From Eledone cirrhosa (lineage: Eukaryota), in contig OZ024742.1 in NCBI GenBank assembly GCA_964016885.1, positions 303,800,001 through 303,864,000 of the forward strand: a DNA stretch of 64,000 bases, given 5' to 3'. The position numbers and the translations under genes were made by a program. The notes beneath the pieces are model-generated. The model was not told the DNA's origin and made no database searches. It was given only the letters and a program-made list of their open reading frames with translations. Positions 1 to 13,785 of the stretch are shown here, in pieces. Position 1 is the stretch's first letter. Each line of letters opens with the position of its first letter.

Positions 1-1972
1 TCGATCTATTAAGTCTACCATACGCCCCTCTCAATGTGCTTTATTAAAGAAAAGCCGCAGGAAAGGTTAGGAACTTTCCAGTCTGGTGGCTATGGCGAAA
101 GAGGTAACATGATGGATGCAGCTGAAAGGACTAAAGACAGATAATTTCGTCTTCGGCTAAGCCCTCATTGAAGTTTTTCAAGTTCCACGTGGATAAGATA
201 GTAAAGTGATGCATATCTTCCACTCCTTCAGTACATTTGATAAAAGTTCAGTGTATGTAGCGAGGATGGCCCGAATGAAAGGGCCTATTCTGAGTATGCG
301 TCTGTAGGCTGGAGAGTTGAGGGTGGATCACCTGGCAATTCAGTTTACATCTGTAGAGTTCCTAAATTACCTTGGATATTGCTTCCCGTTTTGTTGAATT
401 CTGTTTTAAATTTACTATTATTTTGTTATCTGTTTTGTTACCTGTTTTTTTACCTGTTTTGTTACCTTTTTTGAACAAAATAAGAACAAAAAACAGAAAA
501 AAATGAACATGTGTGTATGTTTGTGTGCATGTATATATATATATATATATACATACATCTCTGTGTGTGTATGTGTGTGTGTACGTGTATATGTCTATAT
601 ATGTGCGTGAGTATATGTGTGTATGTGTATGTATGTATTTGTCTGTGTCTGTGTGTCTTTGGGATTATTTGTGTGTGTATGTTTATGTCGGGGCTCTGCA
701 TAATTTGTGCCTTCGACATTTCACTTACAAGTCATTCTTCAGCTTGAAAATACATTAGAATAAAACCAATGTGCTGCAGATTGGGGATTGAACTTGTAGT
801 GACGTGGTTGTAAATCGAATTACTTAATCACACTGAGTATGCCTGCTCGTGATCAATCTTCGAGTGGATGTTTTATCTCCTACGCCAAAACCAGAGCTTA
901 TTAACATATTCCAATATTTCCTCGTTAAATATTTTATGTTTATAGCTCCACTCGCGTATCTGTGTCAGATGAAAGGGACAGATAAAAGCTGATCTTATTG
1001 ATTAGACGCACTTCATATGTTACGGTTGCCTATATTCTATGGAACTTTTATGAAACTTCTAAAATCTCGGATACTGGACTTTCATGAGCCTTCTAGTTGT
1101 TGTCCGACCTGCTAGAAATCAAAGGAATCTAATCTAACTCAAATTACACCCTATCAGCGGTAAAAGAGTTAGACGCATTTTAATTTAGTACTTGTGTAGA
1201 TCAAAACTCTCAGCTCAAATTATACTCTACATTCGTTAAAAGAGAGTTAGATTTTGTTTAATATAGTACTAGATAAGCACTAAACCCTGAGAGAATGATT
1301 AAATCACCATAGCGGGAGCGCTATTGAAATAAACCTGCTTAGTAAAGCCTGATCAGAGTATAAACAATGAAATAGTAACTCCTAAAAAGGGTTAATAGAA
1401 GGCGGGTAAGCGTTAGATTGTATATATAACATTGCATGAGTTCACACACTAAAGGGAGAGAGAAGAATACGCTTATCTCAAAAATAACAGATTTAACTAG
1501 GATATAAACTGATTCGTTGTCATGGTTTATAGGCCTCTAACTATATTCTATATTCTAACTATAGTCTTTGAGTACTACGATTTCTGGTTCATTGAAAGTA
1601 ACATCGGATGCAGTAATGACTGAATAACTATGAAATTTGCTTTAGGTGAGTGCATGTCCAACATTCAACAACAATCTACGGTAATTTTTTCACGTTTTCT
1701 AACGTAGTCGGGCTTAGAAGACAAGTACAAGAAAAACCAAATCAGAAGCACACTTGAAATAGTTTTAGCACAAAATACACAACAGAAGTGATAGAGTTTA
1801 ACCGTTGGCTGACGAAAGTCCCTCTGTGGAAAGCATTTGGGCCAGGTCTCCAATCCAAACATAACTTATTCTATTTCTTTCACAACTTTGTTAGTATAGG
1901 TATGATGTGGTGTTTAAGGTTAGTTTAGGCGATTAATTAACCATGTTACAGTTGTGTTACGTAGCTAGAAAA

Positions 1973-3912
1973 CTATATTTCCTCAGCATACGGGTTTACT
2001 GAAAGTATAAATAGCATAACAGAGAGACTGTCACCTTGAAATATACCTCTGCAATATTCTAGTTTATCAGTGAAAAGATAGTCCCCGTATTCTATATTTA
2101 ACTTCAGGATATTGGTCAAGAAAGAAGATGGGTTCTCTTTGGTACTGATAATGGCATCTGGGACATTAGTATGTCGAAGGACATCCAACATCCAAGGTTA
2201 GGGAACAGAATCGAATGATTTCATGAGTCAAGTCAGGTTGTAACTAAGTTCCTCCTATGCCGTCGTACGATAGAATGTGCCAGTAGCCGACAATCAATCT
2301 ATTCCTGGTGCTTCCTTATCTTGAAGTTTTACTATCATACTTTCAAAGATATCACCATCAATGATTTTGTATGATTTTGTAATATTTCATTAGGATATCT
2401 TCCCATCACACTGCATCTTTGATGAATTTCATTACCTCACCCCATATTTTTCTCCAGAACGAAATTGTCTTTCTAGGAAGGGACCTTTATTGATTTGCTC
2501 CTCAAATTTATTGATTTGCTCCTCATATCTCTATAGATTGATGTTGGGTTTCGGTTGAATCTTTTATTAATCATTTTCCTTTCAGCCACCCTCTTCTCAT
2601 ATCGGAGTATTTCGCTGACAGCTGTGTTTTTCATTGAGGGTGATCAACTTGTCCCGAAGAGTTCTGATTGTACTGTCTCCAAACATCATTTCGATTTCAT
2701 TTTTCAAGTTTGTTGGTAAGGAGTGTAGTTTTTAAAGAGGGGGTGGGGGTTACATGTGATAAGCATTGTTACATGGCCGATAGTTTTTCAGTAGGTCAGT
2801 GATCGTTTTTGTCTATTTTTGAAATATACGATTGCATTTTTTTGTGTTCTTTTGTCTCTGTTAACATCTCTATTATCTTCAAGATAATGCTTCACTGTCA
2901 TTGCTACGGTATATAGACAGACATTACCTTGCTAAAATGCTTTAATTTGTCGTAAATATTCACTTCCAATTTCGTCGATATCGCGCAGTAGAATTTCTTT
3001 ATACGGTTTCTTGTTTAATTTAGCTGTTTTCTAGAGAAGGTTTCATACACAAATAATCTGTTTGGAAAGTTTCCTTTAGAACATATTTTACCTGTTCATA
3101 CTCTTCACTCCTCCGTTTACTTGTAGACTTATTCCCATAGTCAGTATTTTGATGGTGATTAATGTGACTGCAAGTCGAGGTATAGACTGTTGTGACACAT
3201 GGTGTCAAAATTGTCGCCTGGATGGCTATTTCAAGTGACTGCTTGTGTATTGTTGTTATTTGTTGTTCATTGTCGTACTGGCTACAATAAAACCTAGTAA
3301 CATGTATGTGTGCTGTGACACGTGTTGATTGCCTGTCGATCTACGAGACTGGTCACGAGATTTTATTTGTAAGGGTTTCACACTTTTATTACCGTTTTGA
3401 ATAATGTTTATGTTATTTTTACTCTCGAGAAACGATGATTTTTGGTGTAATTGTTTGGCTGTGAAACAATTTATCTTTGGGGTAAATTCATCCCAGTAGA
3501 GCTTCATTCAGTTCATATAGCCAACAGAGAAATGGTTTTTTGCCATTTTATAACAATGAAATATGTCGTTATTGAGTTCGTAGCTCCAAGAAAAATGTTA
3601 TTTATAGTTTCGGCTTCTTCAGTAACTACAACTAAAAATATTCCTTCTACCTTCCGCTTTGTAGTTTTTCTTCGATTCAGTGTTGTCAATGTTGTCGTGT
3701 CCAGCCATGTTGTTTGTAGCAAATTCTTGCAAAGAGAACTCAATATTCAGACGATTGTATCTACGATTTCGAATACAAGATTTCTTCTGAGAATATCACC
3801 AGAAGGATATCCAGTTATTTAACAGGGCAAATAGTTGGATACTGTTGGAGATGGTATTCAGCTTAAATTCAATAGTCTCCCACACATATATGCGACTGGT
3901 GCCATCGAGTGT
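1973..3912 (-). mobile_element. Degraded non-LTR retrotransposon (RLE/R4-Dong-like), 5' part with RT fragment
   Basis: ORF 1973-2191 contains RGIFQGDSLS-x2-LF, the QGD RT motif of RLE-clade LINEs. The upstream sequence is frameshifted coding-like DNA bounded by (TATG)n at ~3915. Confidence 0.7.
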
Positions 3913-3929
3913 CTATGTATGTATGTATG

Positions 3930-5287
3930 TATGTATATCCTTCTGATTTTATAATTTCACAAAGTTTTACCAATAGAGAGAGAGAGTCGGTTTCTAACAT
4001 AGACACAAGACTCTCTCATTGGAATTTACACAACATCAACTAGGTAGATATGTATGTATGCATGCATGTGTAGATATGGATGTTAGTGTATGTGTGGATG
4101 TGGATGTTTTGAGTTGTATGTGTGCATGTGTATATGCTTTGTATCTGTACATGTGTATATGCAGTTATTAGATGCAAAATTTTTGGAATGTTTTACATAT
4201 TTTTACTGTTCCATTAATGGATTGTACTTGTAGTTTCCTAACTAGTTGTGTTCTTTCTGTTCCTGTGAAGCCTAGCTTCTGAAGATTTGTATTGAGGCAG
4301 TTACTAACATATCTCAGTGCCCCAATAACCACAGGCATAAATCTGACGGTGTAATCAGGGTGGAGTATCTGAAGATTTCTCATCAGTTCTGCATAAATAT
4401 TCTCCTTTTCACTAATCTTTGATATTATATTGGCATCTGCCGGGCAGCTAATTTCCACTACTGTGCATGTTTTCTTCTCCCTGTCCCATATCATAATATC
4501 TGGTCTGTTATGCCTGCATTTTATTGGGGTTTTTACTGGAACATTCCACCAGTACTCTTTCATATTATATATATGGATGTCTTCCACATTGTTGTAGCTT
4601 TTAATGTGTTTATTATCGGCTTTTTTACCAGCTGCATTGTACAGTGTTTTGGCCACTACATCATGCCTCATAGGTAGATAGTACCGCGATGACATATTTG
4701 GACAGCTGCTGATGACATGGGTGATATCCTCGATGTTAGTTCTACAGAGTCTGCACTTGTTATCACATCTAGGTGTTTTGCCTGCATCCCTATCTCTTTT
4801 GGGAATCAGGTATTTCGTGCTAATCTCCTGTTCTTGGATTGCAAAAGCGTATCCTTCAAAGTGGGAGCCGGTTGTTGGTCCAAGATAGACTACTTTCCTT
4901 ATCTATATTACTCTCACTCTGGAGCTTCCTGGCAACATATCCATGCATGATATTTTGCTGATAGGCATGCAGTTTTCCATCCATGGATTCACTGCGATAC
5001 TGCTGAGCGACATCCCTGGGTGTGAGTTTTTGATTATCACACAGGTAATATCTCTCAAGGAATTCCTTCCCAACTCTCATGATCTTATCTGTTTCATGCA
5101 GATAGACTTGCTCGAGAAGCGGGATCCTACGCTTCGAGGTTCGTAGATGTTGTCGGAGAGATATGATGCGACATTCAAATGTTGTCTGGACTGATGTTAG
5201 GCCTCTGCCTCCTTGCTTACGTTGATGTGGAATTTTCCGGTGTTGTTCAGTATTTTTCGAGTTCCAACATCAACTGCTCGGATTTCG
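3930..5287 (-). mobile_element. 3' part of RLE-type non-LTR retrotransposon (CCHC knuckle + restriction-like endonuclease), 5'-truncated
   Basis: Minus strand reads CRLCRTNIEDITHVISSC, then RHDVV...HNRPDIMIWD...VVEISCP (ORF 4168-4695). The 3' UTR ends in (CATA)n, and (TATG)n flanks both sides. Confidence 0.9.
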
Positions 5288-5312
5288 ATGTATGTATGTA
5301 TGTATGTATTTA

Positions 5313-5921
5313 TGTCAGGTCACCAGTTGGTGCTACTGGTAACATGTATCCCAGTACAACCTGTCTCATGGTCGGGTCGTTGGCGACTAAACTGGCAACC
5401 CCACCAAGGTTTCTTGGTCTGGAGGGTGACTTTGGACATCCTGCAGGACTAAAAACAAAACCTGTCAAAGGGCAAAGGAGCTCTTAAGAGTCAATGGCCA
5501 TCCAAAATCACCGGGAGAGATGACCCCTTAGCCTTTGTCAAGGCAGAATTCTAGGAGAAGGAAAACTCTGATATAACACCTGCAACTCTGATGGTATCCA
5601 ATGATGTTGACTTGTTCTTCTTTTTGGTAAATATCATCTTGGTTAAGAGAGTGGGACTGGCTTTGTGCAGTGCCTTTGCTCACTATAAAAGCTTCACGGC
5701 ACAGGCATTGCTTTATATCTGGAGATCTCTCTGCACTTGTCGTCACATGGTACCATGGGCCCAGCACTATGTGTCAATAATTGTCACAAGTGTAGTGGTT
5801 GTACCAGAGTTTTCAAGTCGCTGGCTGGACTAAAAAGTCACAATCGTTCAGCGCATCGGTAGGGGTTCTCCTACATGGATATAAAGTAGTGGCCGTACTC
5901 GAAAACGAGTTAGCAGCCACC
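5313..5921 (+). mobile_element. Non-autonomous RTE-like/SINE element with (ATGT)n tail
   Basis: Homologous to 6005-6187 (inverted) and 6290-6624 (direct). Contains CTAGGAGAAGGAAAACTCTG, which I recall from RTE 5' UTRs. Ends in (ATGT)n at 5922-6004. Confidence 0.65.
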
Positions 5922-6004
5922 ATGTATGTATGTATGTATGTATGTATGTATGTATGTATGTATGTATGTATGTATGTATGTATGTATGTATGTATGTATG
6001 TATG

Positions 6005-6187
6005 TCGTTGACTCTTATGAGTTCTTCCGTCCTTTGTCAGGTTTTGTTTTTTGTCCTGCAGGGTGTCCAAAATCACCCTCCTCACCAAGTAAACCTGGTG
6101 GGGTTGCCGGTTCAGTCGCTGACTACCCGAGCATGCGAGGTTGTACTGGGTTACATGTTACCAGTAGCACTTAAGAGTGACCCGACA
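6005..6187 (-). mobile_element. Inverted partial copy (5' part) of the 5313-5921 family
   Basis: Reverse complement aligns by eye with 5313-5493 (GTGCTACTGGTAACATGTA.CCCAGTACAACC...GGCAACCCCACCA). Confidence 0.8.
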
Positions 6188-6289
6188 TACAATAGTGTTT
6201 AAATATGTATATACACATGTACATATGTATGTATATGTATAGGTGTATATACATAGGTGCAAGTGTATGTATATGCGCGGGGACATTGA

Positions 6290-6624
6290 AATAGTCGGGC
6301 TGGACATCTGATCGAGCGGTTAAACCACTGGGAGTGAAGGGCCCCTAGCCTTTGTCAGGGCATTCTTCTAGGAGAAGGCAACTCAGGAAACTGGGATAAC
6401 TCCGATATAAAACCTGCGGCTCAGTAGTTACCGATCATGTTGATCTTTTCTTCTTTTCGGGTTATAGCTACTGTCGCTCAGAGAGTGGGATTGGCTCAGT
6501 GCACAGTCTTTCCTCACTTTAAAAATATCTTCACGCACAGGCATTGCACGATAGAATTAATTAATAATTATTAATAATGGCATATCGTGCAATGGCCATA
6601 CTCGATAACGAAGGGGCAGCCATC
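6290..6624 (+). mobile_element. 3' partial copy of the 5313-5921 family
   Basis: Shares CCTAGCCTTTGTCA.GGCA..TTCTAGGAGAAGG, GCACAGGCATTGC and the GGCC.TACTCGA.AACGA...GCAGCCA.CATGTATG terminus. Confidence 0.8.
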
Positions 6625-7770
6625 ATGTATGTATGCATGAATGGATGATTGTATCTATGTAACTAAGACCATCAATTGCCTTAAATTGAACGTGACGACA
6701 ACCAGAATTGAACCAAATGCCCTCCACCAAAAGGAAAAAAAAATCACCCCAAAACAAGTATAAACTATACAAGAGTAATCGAACCCAAACACCAGAACCT
6801 GACCGCTTAAGGAAGAGGTAAGTCATGTATTTCCTTCTAATTACGTCCCCGTCACTACAGAATTACTGGTACGGAGAGATTGACGTCACCAGCCTTTGCA
6901 TACCGTAGTTTTTGTACAATAATAATTTGCATGCTTGTATGCTTGTATATTTGTACATAGACAAAGTCACAAATACACATATATATTTGTGTGTGTGTGT
7001 GTGTCTATGTGTATGTGTGTGTGGGTGTGTGTGTGTGTTTGTGTGTGTAAACTAATGTAATGTTTACTGAACTAGGCATACACCCCCATACGTAGGCAGG
7101 GTCGAATTCAGACCTTGGGGGCCCTAGGCACTTCAGATTTGAAGGTCTCCTCATACACAAAAATTAGAATACACAGCAAACCCACAATTTTACATATCAT
7201 AGCCGGCTTGGTAGAAGTAATTAAAAATGAAAAGTTATGCACACCGGTATTAAATTAAAAATATCTAACCATCCTCATTTTCCGTCCACTTTCCACACTG
7301 GCATGTGTTGTACGTGTTGTCACAGCTCGAGACCAGACGTATCGGAGCGAACTCATCTTATACATACATTACATATTTGGCATGGCTTCTAAATTTGATG
7401 AATTTTGCCCCAGTAATTATATTAAATACTTTCTGTTAAAAATATACTTCTCGATATCAAAGGGATAAAAGTAAAAATTCCAGCAGAGAGCACAAATAAA
7501 TTAGTACGATAGTCGCTTGTGGGGTACCCTGCCACGGAAGAGGTAGTAATTGGCCCCGTTTCCTCGTATTAAATCCGGCCCAAACCCATTGACAGTATCC
7601 ACAATTCACACATAGACTTAACCACACACACACACACACACCCCTCCGCACACATGCCATCATCATCATCATCATCATCATCACCACCACTAACACAATA
7701 TACAGCACTCATACACGTATATGCACACAGATGCACATTAACACACACACACACAAAAGAAAACAGAAAC

Positions 7771-7804
<34 letters not shown>

Positions 7805-8225
7805 ACACTACACATTGATCGGCAAAAAAAAAATCCTTTTGAATTACTCTAAAACTTTTAAATTCTTTTGAATTCTCCCAGCCCAATCTATTGATCGCCC
7901 TTCTTCACGGTGGGTGTGACAACTCGTTCACCCCACCACCCACTCATCTATACATTCCACCACAAGTCACTATCGGCTACCACGAAGATTTCTGTGTTCA
8001 TGGAGACTACAAATAAATAAATAAATAAATAAAATAAAACATCTCTCCCCGCATCGTATACTGGCATTCTTTATTGGATTAGAGGACTTTGTAAAAAATA
8101 TATACAATATACAAGTTGAACCCGTTTCTTCTACAACTACAACGGTACGCGATGGGGCCCACCCACAGCCCCAGCGGACAGAATCAACTCACTTACGGTA
8201 CACACTCTCTCTCTCTCACACACAC

Positions 8226-8311
<86 letters not shown>

Positions 8312-8422
8312 TAATTCAAACAAACTCGCCCAGACACACAGTGATAACACTGAGAAAAAAACTCAGATATACACGTATTCACACATAAACACAGGCATAT
8401 ATATATGTGAACGAGTGTATAC

Positions 8423-8467
<45 letters not shown>

Positions 8468-8480
8468 AACGAGTGTATAC

Positions 8481-8513
<33 letters not shown>

Positions 8514-8522
8514 ATATATATA

Positions 8523-8606
<84 letters not shown>

Positions 8607-8782
8607 ACACTCGTTCACATACTAACTACTTAGAATAAAAAAACAGACAACGAGCATCGTATCCCAAACAAACTACACACCACTCCCACACACATACCAG
8701 CATTTACAGACACGCATTCACACCTACACAATGAGTCGCTCACATACACACACCAATAATCCAAATCAACACACACATACAT

Positions 8783-8832
<50 letters not shown>

Positions 8833-9052
8833 TCTTTCACACATTTGTTACTCAGAACACAGACTAAAGCATACACACACAGACACACACACAGATATAT
8901 ATATATATATATATATATACAAACACACACACACACATAGACACACAGACACACTCACATTGATTTTACAACCAGACACATACACAGCATCCCAAACAAA
9001 CTACACACCATTCTCAAAAATATATTTACTTGCACGTCCACACAGAGTAACG

Positions 9053-9149
<97 letters not shown>

Positions 9150-9448
9150 TCGCACATCTACAGAGACCAACAAATAAGCCCTACACCACATAGAGACACA
9201 CTGATAGTAAGCTGATAGTAAGTCTCTGTCCCACCGATAGAAATGTTTGAATTGCAAATATAGACCTTGAAAATAAAGTCCGTTAAAATATGTGAAACAA
9301 AATTATTCGTTGTAGAGTATTTTAATGTAGACAAATATGTGAGTGTGTTTGAGGGGTCTTTTCTGTGTGCCTGTGTATGTGTGCGCTTGTCTCTGTAGGT
9401 TTGGTGTGTGTTGTGTATGTGTTGATGGTTGCGTGTTTTTGTTTGTTG

Positions 9449-9500
<52 letters not shown>

Positions 9501-9503
<3 letters not shown>

Positions 9504-9603
9504 TGTTTCTTATTGGCAACATGACCCTCCCAAAGCATAACAATATCGGTTTCAACACACGTTTTCAGATAAAGAATCTTGCTAAACAAATTCAGAAACG
9601 AAA
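9501..9603 (+). mobile_element. Tail-only fragment of fold-back family C, in (TA)n
   Basis: Near-identical to the reverse complement of 47960-48060. Confidence 0.85.
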
Positions 9604-9660
9604 TATATATATATATATATAAATAAGAAATTAAAAGATGGTTAAAAAAGTTCCATATAT

Positions 9661-9724
9661 TTTATTATGCGCATTTCGAAAACAACATCATCCTGGGACA
9701 AAAATTGTGTTCTCATCAGATAAA
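9661..9724 (-). ncRNA. Type I hammerhead ribozyme (family E insert 9622-9785)
   Basis: Minus strand: TTTAT-CTGATGA-GAAC..GTTTTC-GAAA-TGCGCA-TA-ATAAA. Stem I TTTAT/ATAAA; palindromic stem III. Confidence 0.8.
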
Positions 9725-9779
9725 ATAAGGTAACATGATATGAGGCCTAAAAACACTTGTGAACAAGAAAGTGTTCAGT

Positions 9780-9816
<37 letters not shown>

Positions 9817-10083
9817 TGGTGTATATATATCTGTATGTGTGTGTATGGTCGGTTTATGCGTATGAAGTGTATATATAGGGTGTCTCTAAAAATGTATACA
9901 CAATTTGATTACCTGTACAGGCAATATTTATTAGAATACTGTTAAAGTGTTAAAGTGAGTATACATTTTTTGTGGGGGAGACACACTGTAGATGTATGTG
10001 TGTACATATGTGATTGTGAGGGTGTACTGTATATGTGGTGTTTGTGTGTGTGTGTGTGTGTGTGTGCGTGTATGTATGCATTG

Positions 10084-10129
<46 letters not shown>

Positions 10130-10561
10130 ACATATTTAAAAGCAAAATATTCACGAAAGAAAACTCTTATATGAAACTTTTCGAAGCGAAGTTAGAGAGG
10201 CAATATTCATTGGTCCAAGTTGTCAGATGATTTTCTTCTTTAGCCACGCCTACAATTATGTCAATACTGAGGTAACAGCCAATGAAAATAATGTATGACG
10301 GAGAATAGTAGCAAAGGCAGCTGCAGTAGCAACAGCAGCAGCAGTAGTTGAAACAACATTAGCATTCAGCTAGAAACAACGACAGCGACTGTAGCAGATA
10401 CAAGAACGACCTAAACTACTCTCGATAAGAAGGCAGATGCAGGCAGCACGTTGATTTGTATATTTATATATATATATATATATTATTTATATGTATGTAT
10501 ATATATATATACATACCTACATACTTACATATATATATATATATATTTATATATATATTTA

Positions 10562-10637
<76 letters not shown>

Positions 10638-10638
10638 A

Positions 10639-10681
<43 letters not shown>

Positions 10682-10749
10682 CGTATATATATACATACAT
10701 ATAAACATAAATAAATACATCGCACACACACACAGACACGCACACACTC

Positions 10750-10810
<61 letters not shown>

Positions 10811-11487
10811 CGTACATACATATAAACATAAATAAATATACCACTCACACGCATACATTCATATATATGTATATATGTATAGTAATGACGGGGTGAGGCT
10901 TACTATCGTCATGTAATGGGTTCGATTCCTGGATCCCGTGGAAGGTTTTTTATTAAGGCAAATTATTATATTTCACGTTGATCTAGTCCACACAACTAAA
11001 ACTTTATATCATGGTTAGCTGGGCTTTACACCTGTGATTATCTGGTGTCATTTCCAGGGATGAGTCTCGTCCACTCAATCTCATAACGCAAATGAAAGCA
11101 GAGTAAGGCCAGGTCTGATAAGCCACCGGACTACGCCTATGGTTACAAACCGTTTTCGGGAGATTACTCTATCATATTTCAGTCTGGTACTCATTCCATC
11201 GATTCCTGATTGTCGAGCAGCTGTGTTACTGGACATAAAGGACTAACACATAGAAAACTTTAGTGCTGTAGCGTACATTACATTAATGTTGTAATTTACG
11301 CAGACACACAAACACACATAAACGCGTAAACATAAGCGTGCGCGTACATTATCCCAATCAGTTGATCTCTACTGCGGTAGAGAGACCAGAAACAATTAAG
11401 TGCGAACCAAGTTCCGTAATGTTCTTAAATACTCTTTTATTGTTATTTATAAAGTATACACACACATACATTTATATATATATATAT

Positions 11488-11528
<41 letters not shown>

Positions 11529-11612
11529 TATATAGAGAATATATATATATATATAGAATATATATATATAGAATATATATATATATATAGAATATATATA
11601 TATAGAATATAT

Positions 11613-11655
<43 letters not shown>

Positions 11656-11690
11656 TATATATATAATATATATATAATATATATATATAT

Positions 11691-12031
11691 AAAAAAAAAC
11701 AGATGAAATCGAAAATGCAACTAGAGTCTTATTTAAAAATATATATATATATTTATTTGGTTCCTTTACCGGTTTCGCAGTTCTTCTGCTTTTCAAAAGT
11801 AGAGTTGAGATGGAGGGTCTGTGGTTTTTCTCACCACAGACCCTCCATCTCAACTCTACTTTTGAAAAGCAGAAGAACTGCGAAACCGGTTAAGGAACCA
11901 AATAGATATATATATATTTTTTTAAATAAGACTCCAGTTGCATTTTCGATTTCATCTGTTTTTCTTTATACTTTCACTCGTGTAGGACACCTCGGTTATT
12001 TTTCATTTTGTAAAAAAACCTCACTTTCTAA
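11691..12031. mobile_element. Fold-back insert (family B) with variant HHR on both arms
   Basis: Arms ~11695-11825 and 11833-11963, 7-nt loop, ~70-nt extra right tail, (TA)n on both sides. 11859-11894 reads CTT-TTGAAAA-GCAG.AAGAA.CTGC-GAAA-CCGG-TT-AAG. Confidence 0.9.
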
Positions 12032-12045
12032 TATATATATATATT

Positions 12046-12082
<37 letters not shown>

Positions 12083-12380
12083 CGAGAAGTGTGAGTGTGT
12101 GTATGTATGTGTGTATGTGTGTGTGTATGTGTGTATGTGTGTATGTGTGTGCGTGTGTGTGTGAGAAGTACTGAGCCAGCTGTGCTACCACTGGGAGACC
12201 ATTAAACATGGAAGTACTCAGTGCGTGGGGAAATGCAGAGCAAAGTGGGTATAGACGTAGGTAAAATCCCAGCCATGGTGCCAAGTTGTCGGAATAGTAT
12301 CTATATTTCTCTCTCTTCCTACATACACACACACATAACCATATATATATATATATATATGAAATTCGAATCTTCCCATC

Positions 12381-12429
12381 GTGTACTAGACACTCTTTCC
12401 GTATATATATATACGGAAAGAGTGTCTAG

Positions 12430-12434
<5 letters not shown>
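12381..12434. repeat. Short inverted repeat centred on (TA)n
   Basis: GTGTACTAGACACTCTTTCCG-(TA)6-CGGAAAGAGTGTCTAGCACAC. Confidence 0.9.
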
Positions 12435-12491
<57 letters not shown>

Positions 12492-12545
12492 TTAGAAAAT
12501 TCAGTGATGACAAGAGAACAAAGTACTACGGAGTTTTTGTATAAT

Positions 12546-12726
12546 AATTGTTTCTACTTTTGGCACAAGGCCAGAAATTATCCCAGAGCATTACTGGTAC
12601 TTTATTTTATTGACCCCGTAAGGATGAAAGGCAAAGTTAATCTCGGCGGGATTTGAACTCAGAACATAAAGGGTCATAACTCTATGCTGTAAAGCATGGT
12701 GTCTGGCGCTCTACCGATGCTGCCAA
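12546..12726 (-). mobile_element. tRNA-derived SINE
   Basis: Reverse complement of the family at 28954/37967/50187: A-box TGGCAGCATCGG, B-box GAGTTCAAATCC, tail GGCCTTGTGCC..AAGTAGAAACAATTA. Confidence 0.85.
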
Positions 12727-13585
12727 ATAATGAAGAACAAAGCTGTATTCTGGAATCTTATATTATTTTATGAATTATTTCATTGCTGTTACACGCTTTT
12801 CAATAGTATTAGTTATGTAATCAATACGACTTCGTCAGACAGCTAATATGTAAGTCTTTACACTACACTATGTCCTGGATGATTATTTTTGATTTTGTCT
12901 TTTCCAGTCCGGTTGACATACTGTCAGTGTTCGGGTTAGGTTTAGGTTTAGATTTTGGGTTAGGATTAGGATTAGGTTTAGGGTAATATCAACCGAGCTG
13001 GAAATGAAAACACGAAAAAATACTCGCCCACGACATATATCAATTAAATGATTGATATAATTAAAATACATATAACAGCAATGATGTAATAAATAATAGG
13101 ATACAAAGTTGTTAGGTGTGATAGAATACCTTGCGGTATTCGATCAGCCCCCATGCGTTCTGAGTTTAAATCTCGCCGATATCGACTTTGTCTCAGATGA
13201 GTCCAGGTTCGGTATTAAAAAGTAACCGTTCATTATTGCTTTTTTCCTATATATCTCTATTTCACTACCTTTCTGTCTCTTGCTTTTCTTAGGAGAGAGC
13301 GCTTGTGTTCAGATCTGGAGAGGAGATAGTCGGTGTGTATTTCTCCATGTGGATGAGTAGCAATCGCAAGCGTTGCAATGACGTAAACAAGTTCGTAAAT
13401 ATGAAATATACCTATAATTCAAAGAACCTAACTCGTCATACTTTGTATGATGCTTATTCTCCGGGAGAACACAGTTAAATGTGCACGGGTGCTTCTGATG
13501 TTCAGTCACTCACATGTTAATTTCACGAACAGATAGTTTCATTGATTGAATGGAACACTCCTCGCTGGAAATGATCGAGAGCCAA

Positions 13586-13669
<84 letters not shown>

Positions 13670-13673
13670 CACG

Positions 13674-13727
<54 letters not shown>

Positions 13728-13753
13728 AGCGATTCTAAATAGAAGGCAGAGCA

Positions 13754-13785
<32 letters not shown>

